Source: Cenarchaeum sp.
GTDB lineage: Archaea > Thermoproteota > Nitrososphaeria > Nitrososphaerales > Nitrosopumilaceae
Assembly: GCA_963693095.2 (NCBI GenBank)
Contig: OY843768.1
Coordinates: 1,152,001 to 1,216,000 of the forward strand
DNA length: 64,000 nt
Direction: 5' to 3'
Shown piece after piece: positions 55,908 through 64,000 of this stretch. The translations under genes and the position numbers were made by a program. The first letter of the stretch is position 1. Each line of letters begins with the position of its first letter. The notes beneath the pieces are model-generated. The model was not told where the DNA came from. It ran no database searches and worked only from the letters and a program-made list of their open reading frames with translations.

Positions 55908-58694
55908 CTAGCGGTCAGGGCAGCCGTCAAGGTCAGCGACGCCGTCACGATCCTCTGGCGCAGTCGGGCACATGTCAGCCGTGTCCGGTATGCCATCAGA
56001 GTCCGTGTCTAGGGAGTGCCTAGACTGCTCTGGGGTGGTGTCCGGACACCCGTCATGGTCACGGTACTTGTTCCACGTTTCAGGCGCAGCGGGGCAGAGA
56101 TCCACAATATCGGCAATGTTGTCATTGTCAATGTCCGATCTTGACGACTCGAGTGGCCCCTCTGGAATCTCGTCAGGGCAGCCGTCCGAGTCAAGATAGC
56201 CGTTGAACGTCTCAGGCGAGATGATGCACTGGTCGAGCCTGTCGTCGATTCCGTCACTGTCGGTGTCAGGGTACGAATAGCCCGTTCGCTCCGTGACCAC
56301 CGTGTCCGGGCAGCCGTCAGAATCCTCAAACCTGTTGTAGGTCTCGGGCTCTAGGACGCACTCGTCGTCTGCATCAGGCACGCCGTCAGAGTCCGTGTCA
56401 GGCTGCGGAGCCACGCCGTCGGGGCAGCCGTCACCGTCGTCTATGCCGTTGACGGTTTCGCGCACCGTGGGGCACACGTCAGCAACGTCAATTATGCCAT
56501 CACCGTCAGTGTCGGGTATCGAATTTCCGCTTAGGATCACATCTGGGCAGCCGTCATCGTCCTCGTGCATGTTGTACGTCTCAAACTGGTCAGGGCACGC
56601 GTCGGCCGTGTCAGGTATGCCATCACCGTCAGAGTCTAGGGTTGTGGACGGAGAGCGGATAATGATGTCAGGGCAGCCGTCCTGGTCGTAAAACCCGTTG
56701 TATCTCTCGCCGGCAGTGGGGCACTTGTCCTCGTGGTCAGGTATGCCGTCATTGTCAGTGTCAAGCGTTGGCAGTGTGCGCTCGAGCGCCGTGTCCGGGC
56801 AGCCGTCCCAGTCAAGGTAGCCGTTGGTCGTCTCGAGCTCTTCAGGGCACTGGTCACGCACGTCAGGTACGCCATCCCCGTCAGAGTCAGACGGCACGTA
56901 TTCGGTAACCTGCACGATCGAGTCGCCGTCCGGACAGCCGTCGGTGTCGTCTATTGCGTTGTATGTCTCAAATGTTGTGGGACACTCATCAGACACGTCA
57001 TCTATCCCGTCACCGTCAGTGTCCGCAGATATCGCATCAGAGTCCGGACAGCCGTCGGTGTCGAGTATGCCGTTTACCGTCTCGGCCCTAGTGGGGCACG
57101 AGTCCATCGCGTCAAGTATGCCATCACCGTCAGTGTCAGGGGCGACAAACTCGATCTCCACGCCGTCAGGACACCCGTCATCGTCGTTTATCCGGTTGAA
57201 CGTCTCGCGCTCCTCAGGACACTCGTCAACGTGGTCCAGGACGCCGTCAAAGTCAGAGTCCCCGCTGTGCGCAACCTGCGGAATGTCAGGGCAGCCGTCG
57301 CTGTCCATAAACCCGTTGTAGCGCTCCCCGACGCCGGGGCACAGGTCATCGCTGTCAGGCACGCCGTCATAGTCCGAGTCAGGCGCCGTGCTCTGCGTGT
57401 CGTACCCCTCGGTGTCAGGGCAGCCGTCCCAGTCAAGGTATCCGTTGGCGTTCTCTGGCTCGGCGGGGCACTGGTCCCACCTGTCCTCTATGCCGTCATT
57501 GTCCGAGTCGGGGAACTCAAATGTGACCGTGGGAGCCACGACGGCATCAGGGCAGCCGTCGGTATCCTCAAACCTGTTGTACGTCTCGGGCTGCGTCGGG
57601 CACAGGTCATCAGGGTCGATGATGCCATCGGCGTCGCGATCGCCGGCCACGCGATCCGTGTCAGGGCATCCGTCAGTGTCCATGTACCCGTTTACCGTCT
57701 CGGGCGTTATCGGGCACACGTCAACAATGTCAAATATCCCGTCACCGTCAGAGTCCGGCGTGACTGAGCCGATCGTCACTATGTCCGGGCACCCGTCCTC
57801 GTCATCAACCATGTTGTAAACCTCGCGGCTTAGCGGGCAGAGATCCACATTGTCCGGAACGCCGTCACGGTCAATGTCGCCGGTGAGCTCGATGGCGATC
57901 TCGTCGGGACATCCGTCAGAGTCCATGAGCTTGTTAAAGATCTCGCGCTCTTGTGGGCAGTGATCCTCTGTGTCCGGAATGCTGTCATAGTCAGAGTCGA
58001 CGGCGCCTCTTGAGGTGACGCCCGGCCTGTCAACGCAGCCGTCCCAGTCAAGATAGTCGTTGCGGTTCTCGGCCTCCTCGGGGCACTGATCCCACCTGTC
58101 GTCAATCCCGTCACCGTCAGTGTCCGGAAACTCGTATGCGACGCGCGTCTCCTCGACCTCATCAGGGCAGCCGTCAGCATCCATGAACCTGTTGTACGTC
58201 TCCTGCTCAAAGGGGCACAGGTCGACGCTGTCAGGAACCGCATCCTTGTCGTTGTCGGTGATCGGGATATAGTCATCAGGGCAGCCGTCACGATCGAGAA
58301 CTCCGTTTGGAGTCTCAGGCTCGTCAGGGCACGAGTCTAGGCTGTCAATAAACCCGTCACCATCCGAGTCCTCAAGGATCACGCGATCCCTCTCCACGAC
58401 AACATCAGGGCAGCCGTCCTCGTCGAGGTGCCTGTTGTAGCGCTCCTTTACAGTTGGGCAGAGATCCAGGCGATCTTCAATGCCGTCATTGTCCGTGTCG
58501 TACCACGGCACAAAGTCCGACGGGCAGCCGTCGATCTCGCCCACGTTGTCCTCGCGCACGTAGGGGCACTCGTCGATCGAGTTGGGGACGCCATCAGAGT
58601 CGATGTCGATGTCAGGAACCTGCGCCATCGCGCCGGCGGGCAGTGACACTAGCAGCGTCGCGGCCATGGCCATAATCGCCCAATACTTGCCCAT
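55908..58694 (-). CDS. Secreted thrombospondin type 3 (TSP3)-like Ca-binding repeat protein, 22 units
   Basis: Signal peptide MGKYWAIMAMAATLLVSLPAGAMA; DxDxDG(I/V)xDxxDxCP...E..N...DxDGCP units counted by eye. Confidence 0.9.
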   Translation of the reverse strand: MGKYWAIMAMAATLLVSLPAGAMAQVPDIDIDSDGVPNSIDECPYVREDNVGEIDGCPSDFVPWYDTDNDGIEDRLDLCPTVKERYNRHLDEDGCPDVVVERDRVILEDSDGDGFIDSLDSCPDEPETPNGVLDRDGCPDDYIPITDNDKDAVPDSVDLCPFEQETYNRFMDADGCPDEVEETRVAYEFPDTDGDGIDDRWDQCPEEAENRNDYLDWDGCVDRPGVTSRGAVDSDYDSIPDTEDHCPQEREIFNKLMDSDGCPDEIAIELTGDIDRDGVPDNVDLCPLSREVYNMVDDEDGCPDIVTIGSVTPDSDGDGIFDIVDVCPITPETVNGYMDTDGCPDTDRVAGDRDADGIIDPDDLCPTQPETYNRFEDTDGCPDAVVAPTVTFEFPDSDNDGIEDRWDQCPAEPENANGYLDWDGCPDTEGYDTQSTAPDSDYDGVPDSDDLCPGVGERYNGFMDSDGCPDIPQVAHSGDSDFDGVLDHVDECPEERETFNRINDDDGCPDGVEIEFVAPDTDGDGILDAMDSCPTRAETVNGILDTDGCPDSDAISADTDGDGIDDVSDECPTTFETYNAIDDTDGCPDGDSIVQVTEYVPSDSDGDGVPDVRDQCPEELETTNGYLDWDGCPDTALERTLPTLDTDNDGIPDHEDKCPTAGERYNGFYDQDGCPDIIIRSPSTTLDSDGDGIPDTADACPDQFETYNMHEDDDGCPDVILSGNSIPDTDGDGIIDVADVCPTVRETVNGIDDGDGCPDGVAPQPDTDSDGVPDADDECVLEPETYNRFEDSDGCPDTVVTERTGYSYPDTDSDGIDDRLDQCIISPETFNGYLDSDGCPDEIPEGPLESSRSDIDNDNIADIVDLCPAAPETWNKYRDHDGCPDTTPEQSRHSLDTDSDGIPDTADMCPTAPEDRDGVADLDGCPDR

Positions 58695-58714
58695 TACCAA
58701 CGATCTGCGAATGC

Positions 58715-58736
58715 GCGTCTTTATTAAACTACGCGG
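58715..58736 (-). promoter_or_regulatory. Promoter block containing TTTAATAAA, identical to 60591-60612
   Basis: 22-bp GCGTCTTTATTAAACTACGCGG, starting 21 nt from the ATG in both genes. Confidence 0.8.
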
Positions 58737-58812
58737 CGAGGCCACGAGAAACGCAGGGGCCGGATGCGGCATGGTGGCACCGGGGCAGGCGGCTCGGGAT
58801 TGCATCACACAG

Positions 58813-60570
58813 CTACCCTACCGGAAACGAGTCTGGGCACCCGTCCATGTCGTCAAACTTGTTCCATGTCTCGGGCTCATTGGGGCACTCATCGTTGGCA
58901 TCACGCAGGCCGTCATTGTCAGAGTCGGCGTGCTCGGCCGAGAGGACGAGCTTGTCAGGGCAGCCGTCAGAATCCATGTACCCGTTGCGCGTCTCGGCAA
59001 GCTCGGGACACGCATCCGAGGCGTCAGGCACGCCGTCATGGTCCGAATCAGGCGGTGGCTGCACGTCAGGGCAGCCGTCAGTGTCAAGGTAGCCATTGTA
59101 CGTCTCGGCGTCAAGGGAGCACTTGTCGATTATGTCCTGTATGCCATCGCCGTCAGCGTCGTTGACGCCTGTTGTGAGCACCACGTCAGGGCAGCCGTCA
59201 GTGTCATCGACCATGTTGAACGTCTCGATCTGCGTCGGGCACTCGTCTAGCGCGTCTGGAATGCCATCGCCATCGGCATCAGGAACCGTTCCCCTGTCTG
59301 GGCAACCGTCAGTGTCGAGTATGCCGTTGATCGTTTCGGGGACTGACGGGCACAGGTCGAGGCGGTCAGGCAGCCCGTCGCCATCAGAGTCCGGGTTTAG
59401 GTCACGCGAGTCGGCGACAAAGTCAGGGCAGCCGTCATCGTCCATGTACCTGTTGTACGTCTCTGGATCCATCGGACACTCGTCCACGGTGTCAAGCACA
59501 CCGTCAGAGTCGGCATCTCCCACGATCGGATCCGAGTCTGGGCAACCGTCAGTGTCGAGGACTCCGTTTATTGTCTCTGGCGTTATGGGACACGTGTCAA
59601 CGGCGTCAAATATGCCGTCGCCATCAGAGTCTGGCGTGTTTAGCCCATATGGCGCAATGTCGGGGCACCCATCGGTGTCATCTACCATGTTGTAGACCTC
59701 TGGTAGCAGGACGCACAAGTCCTCGCTGTCGATTATTCCGTCAAGATCAGTGTCGGCGATTGTGGAGAGAACTAGCATGTCGGGGCAGCCGTCATCGTCA
59801 AGGTAGCGGTTAAAGTTCTCACGCTCCTGCGGACAGACATCCCTGTCGTCTGGAATGCTGTCATAGTCAGAGTCGATTACGCCATTGACCGTGACGCCGG
59901 GCTCGTCCTCACACCCGTCCCAGTCAAGATAGTCGTTGAGGTTTTCGGCCTCATTGGGGCACTGATCCCACCTGTCGTCTATGCCATCGCCGTCGGTGTC
60001 TGGAAACTCGTACGCTGTGCGCTCGGCCTGAACGTCATCGGGGCAGCCGTCAGCGTCCATGAACCGGTTGTACGTCTCCTGCTCAAAGGGGCACAGGTCG
60101 ACGCTGTCAGGAACCGCATCCTCGTCATTGTCGGCGATCGGGATATAGTCATCAGGGCAGCCGTCACGATCGAGCATGCCGTTAAATGTCTCAGGCGACG
60201 TGGGGCACACGTCTAGGATGTCAATGATCCCGTCGCCGTCTGTGTCGACTATGACTGAGCGTCCGGTGCCCGCAACGGTGTCAGGGCAGCCGTCCTCGTC
60301 CATGTACCTGTTATAGTTCTCCTTTACTGCGGGGCAGTTGTCGAGCCTGTCCTCTATGCCGTCAGAGTCTGAGTCATACCACTGGACAAAGTCCGACGGG
60401 CAGCCGTCGATCTCCCCCTCAAAGTCCTCGCGCACGTGTGGGCACTCGTCCATCGCGTTGGGCACGCCATCAGAGTCGATGTCAGTATCGCCATATTGCG
60501 CAAGGGCAGAGGCCGGAGTTGCGACTAGTAGCGTCGAGGCCATGACCATGAACGCCCAATAACTGCGCAT
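58813..60570 (-). CDS. Secreted TSP3-like repeat protein, 14 units (hybrid of its two neighbours)
   Basis: Signal peptide MRSYWAFMVMASTLLVATPASALA; same repeat unit. Confidence 0.9.
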   Translation of the reverse strand: MRSYWAFMVMASTLLVATPASALAQYGDTDIDSDGVPNAMDECPHVREDFEGEIDGCPSDFVQWYDSDSDGIEDRLDNCPAVKENYNRYMDEDGCPDTVAGTGRSVIVDTDGDGIIDILDVCPTSPETFNGMLDRDGCPDDYIPIADNDEDAVPDSVDLCPFEQETYNRFMDADGCPDDVQAERTAYEFPDTDGDGIDDRWDQCPNEAENLNDYLDWDGCEDEPGVTVNGVIDSDYDSIPDDRDVCPQERENFNRYLDDDGCPDMLVLSTIADTDLDGIIDSEDLCVLLPEVYNMVDDTDGCPDIAPYGLNTPDSDGDGIFDAVDTCPITPETINGVLDTDGCPDSDPIVGDADSDGVLDTVDECPMDPETYNRYMDDDGCPDFVADSRDLNPDSDGDGLPDRLDLCPSVPETINGILDTDGCPDRGTVPDADGDGIPDALDECPTQIETFNMVDDTDGCPDVVLTTGVNDADGDGIQDIIDKCSLDAETYNGYLDTDGCPDVQPPPDSDHDGVPDASDACPELAETRNGYMDSDGCPDKLVLSAEHADSDNDGLRDANDECPNEPETWNKFDDMDGCPDSFPVG

Positions 60571-60590
60571 TACTGTCGATCGCGCAGTAT

Positions 60591-60612
60591 GCGTCTTTAT
60601 TAAACTACGCGG
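60591..60612 (-). promoter_or_regulatory. Duplicated promoter block (copy 2)
   Basis: Identical 22-mer to 58715-58736. Confidence 0.8.
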
Positions 60613-60680
60613 TGGATCCTAGACCGGCACGCCGCACGAATCACGCCCGACAGGCTGATCGCAGGGGTCGTGCCGGAGGC

Positions 60681-63620
60681 CTATTGGCCAGGCAGCGTGT
60701 CAGGGCAGCCATCGGCGTCCATGTACCTGTTGACCGTCTCGGCCTCAGTCGGGCACGAGTCGACGCTGTCAGGCACGCCGTCGCGATCAGAGTCCGGCGG
60801 TCCGGCCTCGTCAGGGCAGCCGTCATAGTCACGATCACCGTCATAGTCCTCTGGCTCAGTCACGCACGAGTCCTGCGCGTCGACGATGCCATCAGAATCG
60901 GTGTCCACCGTTGGTGGGCCGGCCTGCTCGATGCCGTCAGGGCAGCCGTCCTGGTCGCGTATGCGGTTGAACGTCTCCTCCTGCAGCGGGCACAGGTCAC
61001 GTGAGTTAGGTATGCCGTCGCCGTCGGTGTCATCAACAGTAGAGCGCGAGTCCGGGCAGCCGTCCTGGTCGTTGATTCCGTTAAACGTCTCAGGTCGCGT
61101 TGGGCACGTGTCTATCGAGTCAGGCAGGCCGTCGTCATCCGAGTCCACAGCGCCCCTCTCGTCTAGCACAGAGTCCGGACAGCCGTCCTCGTCCTCAAAC
61201 CCGTTGTAGCGCTCAGGCTGGAATGGGCACGCATCAGCGATGTCTGGAATCCTGTCAAAGTCAGTGTCCCTGGCGGTGATCGACTCTACCGTGTCGGGGC
61301 AGCCGTCGTCGTCCTGGAAGTTGTTAAAGACCTCGCGAATCTCGGGGCACTCGTCTATGGTATCCGGTATGCCGTCATAGTCGGCATCGTACGTTCTGCG
61401 CTCATCTGGGCAGCCGTCAGAGTCAAGGTAGCGGTTCCACGTCTCGGCCTCATCAGGGCACATGTCGAGCTTGTCAGGCACGCCGTCAGAGTCAGAGTCC
61501 GGGGCGGGTATCGCATCAGGGCAGCCGTCGCCGTCCTCGTATCCGTTGGGCGTCTCGGGCTCAAGCGGGCACGTGTCGACAAGGTCGTTAAAGCCGTCAG
61601 CATCAGCATCGTTGACGCCGCCAGGATCTGCCTCCTCGGGGCAGCCGTCGGTGTCACGCACAAGGTTGAACGTCTCTGGCTCGTTTGGACACTCGTCAAC
61701 TGCGTTGGGCACGCCGTCACCGTCAGTGTCGGCCGTGACTCCCCTGTCGGGGCAGCCGTCGTTGTCCATGTAGCCATTGAACGTCTCTGGAATTGACGGG
61801 CAGAGGTCGAGGCGGTCAGGCAGCCCGTCGCCATCAGAGTCCGGGTTTTGGACTCGCGAGTCGGCCACAAAGTCTGGGCAGCCGTCGTCGTCCTCGAACT
61901 GGTTGTACGTCTCGGCCACGTTGGGGCAGGCGTCAGCCGAGTTTGGTATTCCGTCGCTGTCAGTGTCAGTGATCGTGCTGGCAGTCGGAAGCTCGTCAGG
62001 GCAGCCGTCAGTGTCGAGGTATCCGTTTATGATCTCGGCCTCCGTGGGGCAGATGTCTAGGCGGTCAGGGAGGCCGTCAGAGTCCGCATCGAGCATGACA
62101 GTCGTGTCCGGGCAGCCGTCAAGGACGCCGCGTATTCCGTATGTCTCGGCCTGGTCGGGGCACGTGTCCATCTCGTCATGTATGCCATCAGAGTCCGCAT
62201 CGGCAAACGGCACGTCATCAGGGCAGCCGTCATCGTCCTCAAACCCGTTGCGCGTCTCGGCCGATAGCGCACAGCGGTCAGAGATGTCAGGGATGCCATC
62301 AGCGTCGGCATCGCGCGGGGAGAGGATGGGAACCACGTCAGGGCAGCCGTCATCGTCATCGATGTGGTTGTACGTCTCAAACTCCGTGGGGCACGCATCG
62401 AGTCTATCCTCCACGCCGTCGCCGTCAGTGTCAATCTTTAGCGTGCTCTCCTTGTCGGGGCATCCGTCAAGTGACCCGCCAGTGGCAGTCTCGGCCTGGT
62501 TGGGGCACAGGTCCAAAAGGTCAACAATTCCGTCATTATCAGAGTCATGGACAACGCTCTGCGTGCCGACAAAGTCGGGGCACCCGTCATCGTCCATGAA
62601 CCTGTTGTACGTCTCTGGCGAGCTAATGCACGCGTCATCAGAGTCAAGGATACCATCAGAGTCGCTGTCGGTGTTGGTCAGGTACGGCGGTATGTCAGGG
62701 CATCCGTCAGCGTCCTCAAACCCGTTGTAGCGCTCCGGCTCCTCTGGGCACGAGTCCATGTCATCTGCTATGCGATCACCGTCAGAGTCTATGCCTATGC
62801 GCGAGGTTGTCGCTGGCCGCACGTCAGGACACCCGTCGTTGTCAAGAAACCGGTTGTATGTCTCGGCGTCATCAGGGCACGCGTCGATCTCGTCATGCAC
62901 GCCGTCACCGTCAGAGTCAGGAAGCGCATCGGCCGGCGTGTCGGGGCACCCGTCAAAGTCCATAAACCCGTTGCGCGTCTCGGCTGCAAGTATGCACTGG
63001 TCGTTCACGTCGAGAATGCCGTCACCATCAGAGTCAGGAGCCGACGTCCGCTCAAATCTGCCGGATTCCTCGGGGCACCCGTCATCATCATCAACCCTGT
63101 TGAACGTCTCCTCGGCTAGCGGACACTCGTCGAGCGCATTTGGTATGCCGTCACCGTCAGTGTCATGGTCGCGCTCCATCTCGTCTGGACAGCCGTCAGT
63201 GTCCATGTACCCGTTGGGCGTCTCAGCGCGCGTTGGGCACGTGTCGATCCCGTCAGGTATGCCATCATTGTCAGAGTCCGCTGGCGTTGCCGGTCCGGCA
63301 TTGTCACTAGCGCTGTCAGGACACCCGTCAGAGTCGTCTATTCCGTTGTAGACCTCTACGGAGAACGGGCACTCGTCGTCCACATCTGCTATCCCGTCGC
63401 GATCAGTGTCATGCCACTGAACCCTCGGGGACGGACACCCGTCATTGGCGTCGCCACGGTGATCCTCGGGCAGGTTGGGGCACATGTCTAGGACGTCAGG
63501 CACGCCGTCACGGTCAATGTCTGATGCTACCTGCGCGTGCGCCGGAAGGTATGCCGACGCGCTAGCCATCACGGATAGCAGCAGGATCACTATGCCTAGC
63601 CTGTGGCGCACTCCTGACAT
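60681..63620 (-). CDS. Secreted TSP3-like repeat protein, 24 units
   Basis: Signal peptide ...LGIVILLLSVMASASAYLPAHA; same repeat unit; TTTAATAA at ~63646-63653. Confidence 0.9.
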   Translation of the reverse strand: MSGVRHRLGIVILLLSVMASASAYLPAHAQVASDIDRDGVPDVLDMCPNLPEDHRGDANDGCPSPRVQWHDTDRDGIADVDDECPFSVEVYNGIDDSDGCPDSASDNAGPATPADSDNDGIPDGIDTCPTRAETPNGYMDTDGCPDEMERDHDTDGDGIPNALDECPLAEETFNRVDDDDGCPEESGRFERTSAPDSDGDGILDVNDQCILAAETRNGFMDFDGCPDTPADALPDSDGDGVHDEIDACPDDAETYNRFLDNDGCPDVRPATTSRIGIDSDGDRIADDMDSCPEEPERYNGFEDADGCPDIPPYLTNTDSDSDGILDSDDACISSPETYNRFMDDDGCPDFVGTQSVVHDSDNDGIVDLLDLCPNQAETATGGSLDGCPDKESTLKIDTDGDGVEDRLDACPTEFETYNHIDDDDGCPDVVPILSPRDADADGIPDISDRCALSAETRNGFEDDDGCPDDVPFADADSDGIHDEMDTCPDQAETYGIRGVLDGCPDTTVMLDADSDGLPDRLDICPTEAEIINGYLDTDGCPDELPTASTITDTDSDGIPNSADACPNVAETYNQFEDDDGCPDFVADSRVQNPDSDGDGLPDRLDLCPSIPETFNGYMDNDGCPDRGVTADTDGDGVPNAVDECPNEPETFNLVRDTDGCPEEADPGGVNDADADGFNDLVDTCPLEPETPNGYEDGDGCPDAIPAPDSDSDGVPDKLDMCPDEAETWNRYLDSDGCPDERRTYDADYDGIPDTIDECPEIREVFNNFQDDDGCPDTVESITARDTDFDRIPDIADACPFQPERYNGFEDEDGCPDSVLDERGAVDSDDDGLPDSIDTCPTRPETFNGINDQDGCPDSRSTVDDTDGDGIPNSRDLCPLQEETFNRIRDQDGCPDGIEQAGPPTVDTDSDGIVDAQDSCVTEPEDYDGDRDYDGCPDEAGPPDSDRDGVPDSVDSCPTEAETVNRYMDADGCPDTLPGQ

Positions 63621-63730
63621 TCAGGAGGAGCGCCGACAATTGGGTTATTAAACTTAATACCGCATTCAGGCGTGAGATCGGCCATGCGGCACGATAGGTT
63701 AAATTGAAGCGATCCGACTGCGGCGAATCC

Positions 63731-64000
63731 TTGAGCTGCTCTGGGGAGACAGTGGAGCCTGACGGCATAATCCAGATCGACGCTCTCAAGGCGGCGAGCC
63801 TGAAGCGGGCAAAGTACGGCATATCAGACCACGGGACCGTCGGCATCTGCCACTGGACCAAGAGGTCCTTTAGGCACCGCGGGACGTGCTACAAGCACTC
63901 GTTCTATGGCATATCGACGCACAGGTGCATGGAGTTCTCGCCGGCCGGAATGCACTGCCAGAACAGGTGCGTCTATTGCTGGCGGCCAGTGGAGTTTTAC
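63731..64000 (+). CDS. taw1: 4-demethylwyosine synthase TYW1/Taw1 (radical SAM), partial
   Basis: TTG start, MSCSGE...CHWTK......CYK..FYGI.THRCMEFSP..HCQNRCVYCWRP; runs off the right edge. Confidence 0.92.
   Translation, partial: MSCSGETVEPDGIIQIDALKAASLKRAKYGISDHGTVGICHWTKRSFRHRGTCYKHSFYGISTHRCMEFSPAGMHCQNRCVYCWRPVEFY

Noticed and set aside
55908-63500. GGGCAGCCGTC-like motif recurring every ~120 bp, superficially CRISPR-like
   Set aside because: It is the reverse complement of the DGCP codons in the TSP3 units. It varies at synonymous positions, sits within long ORFs, and there are no cas genes.

Overview
GC-rich archaeal chromosomal segment. Gene content and order (GCH-III/ArfC riboflavin operon, split uL18-secY-adk-cmk-cbf5 cluster, cupredoxin, heme o synthase, K+-independent H+-PPase, nadX/nadA/nadC, nurA-herA-mre11-rad50, thrombospondin type 3 repeat proteins, TYW1) point to Nitrososphaerota/Nitrosopumilaceae. 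A Cenarchaeum-like host-associated lineage is an inference. Most of the window is housekeeping. Unusual items: (1) a >2,600-aa secreted gluzincin metalloprotease/Ig-like repeat protein that runs off the left edge and is missing from the ORF track; (2) a ~5 kb accessory module (49.4-54.6 kb) beside the double-strand-break repair operon. It encodes a degenerate/truncated TFB, a ParB-N protein with a broken CTP motif, a wHTH protein, an A24 prepilin peptidase, an ArdC-like ssDNA-binding zincin and a membrane-anchored coiled-coil repeat protein, and is the best candidate for an undescribed DNA-transfer/regulatory system; (3) a Rad50 with both coiled-coil arms triplicated in a balanced way around the zinc hook; (4) three tandem all-TSP3-repeat genes, the middle one a hybrid of its neighbours, with a 5-unit super-repeat in one; (5) Cbf5 with a 13x24-bp tandem-repeat tail; (6) an apparent CTG start for uS5 and four convergent gene pairs sharing a CTAG stop palindrome. 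All family assignments come from motif recognition by eye, and GC statements are visual estimates, not computed.
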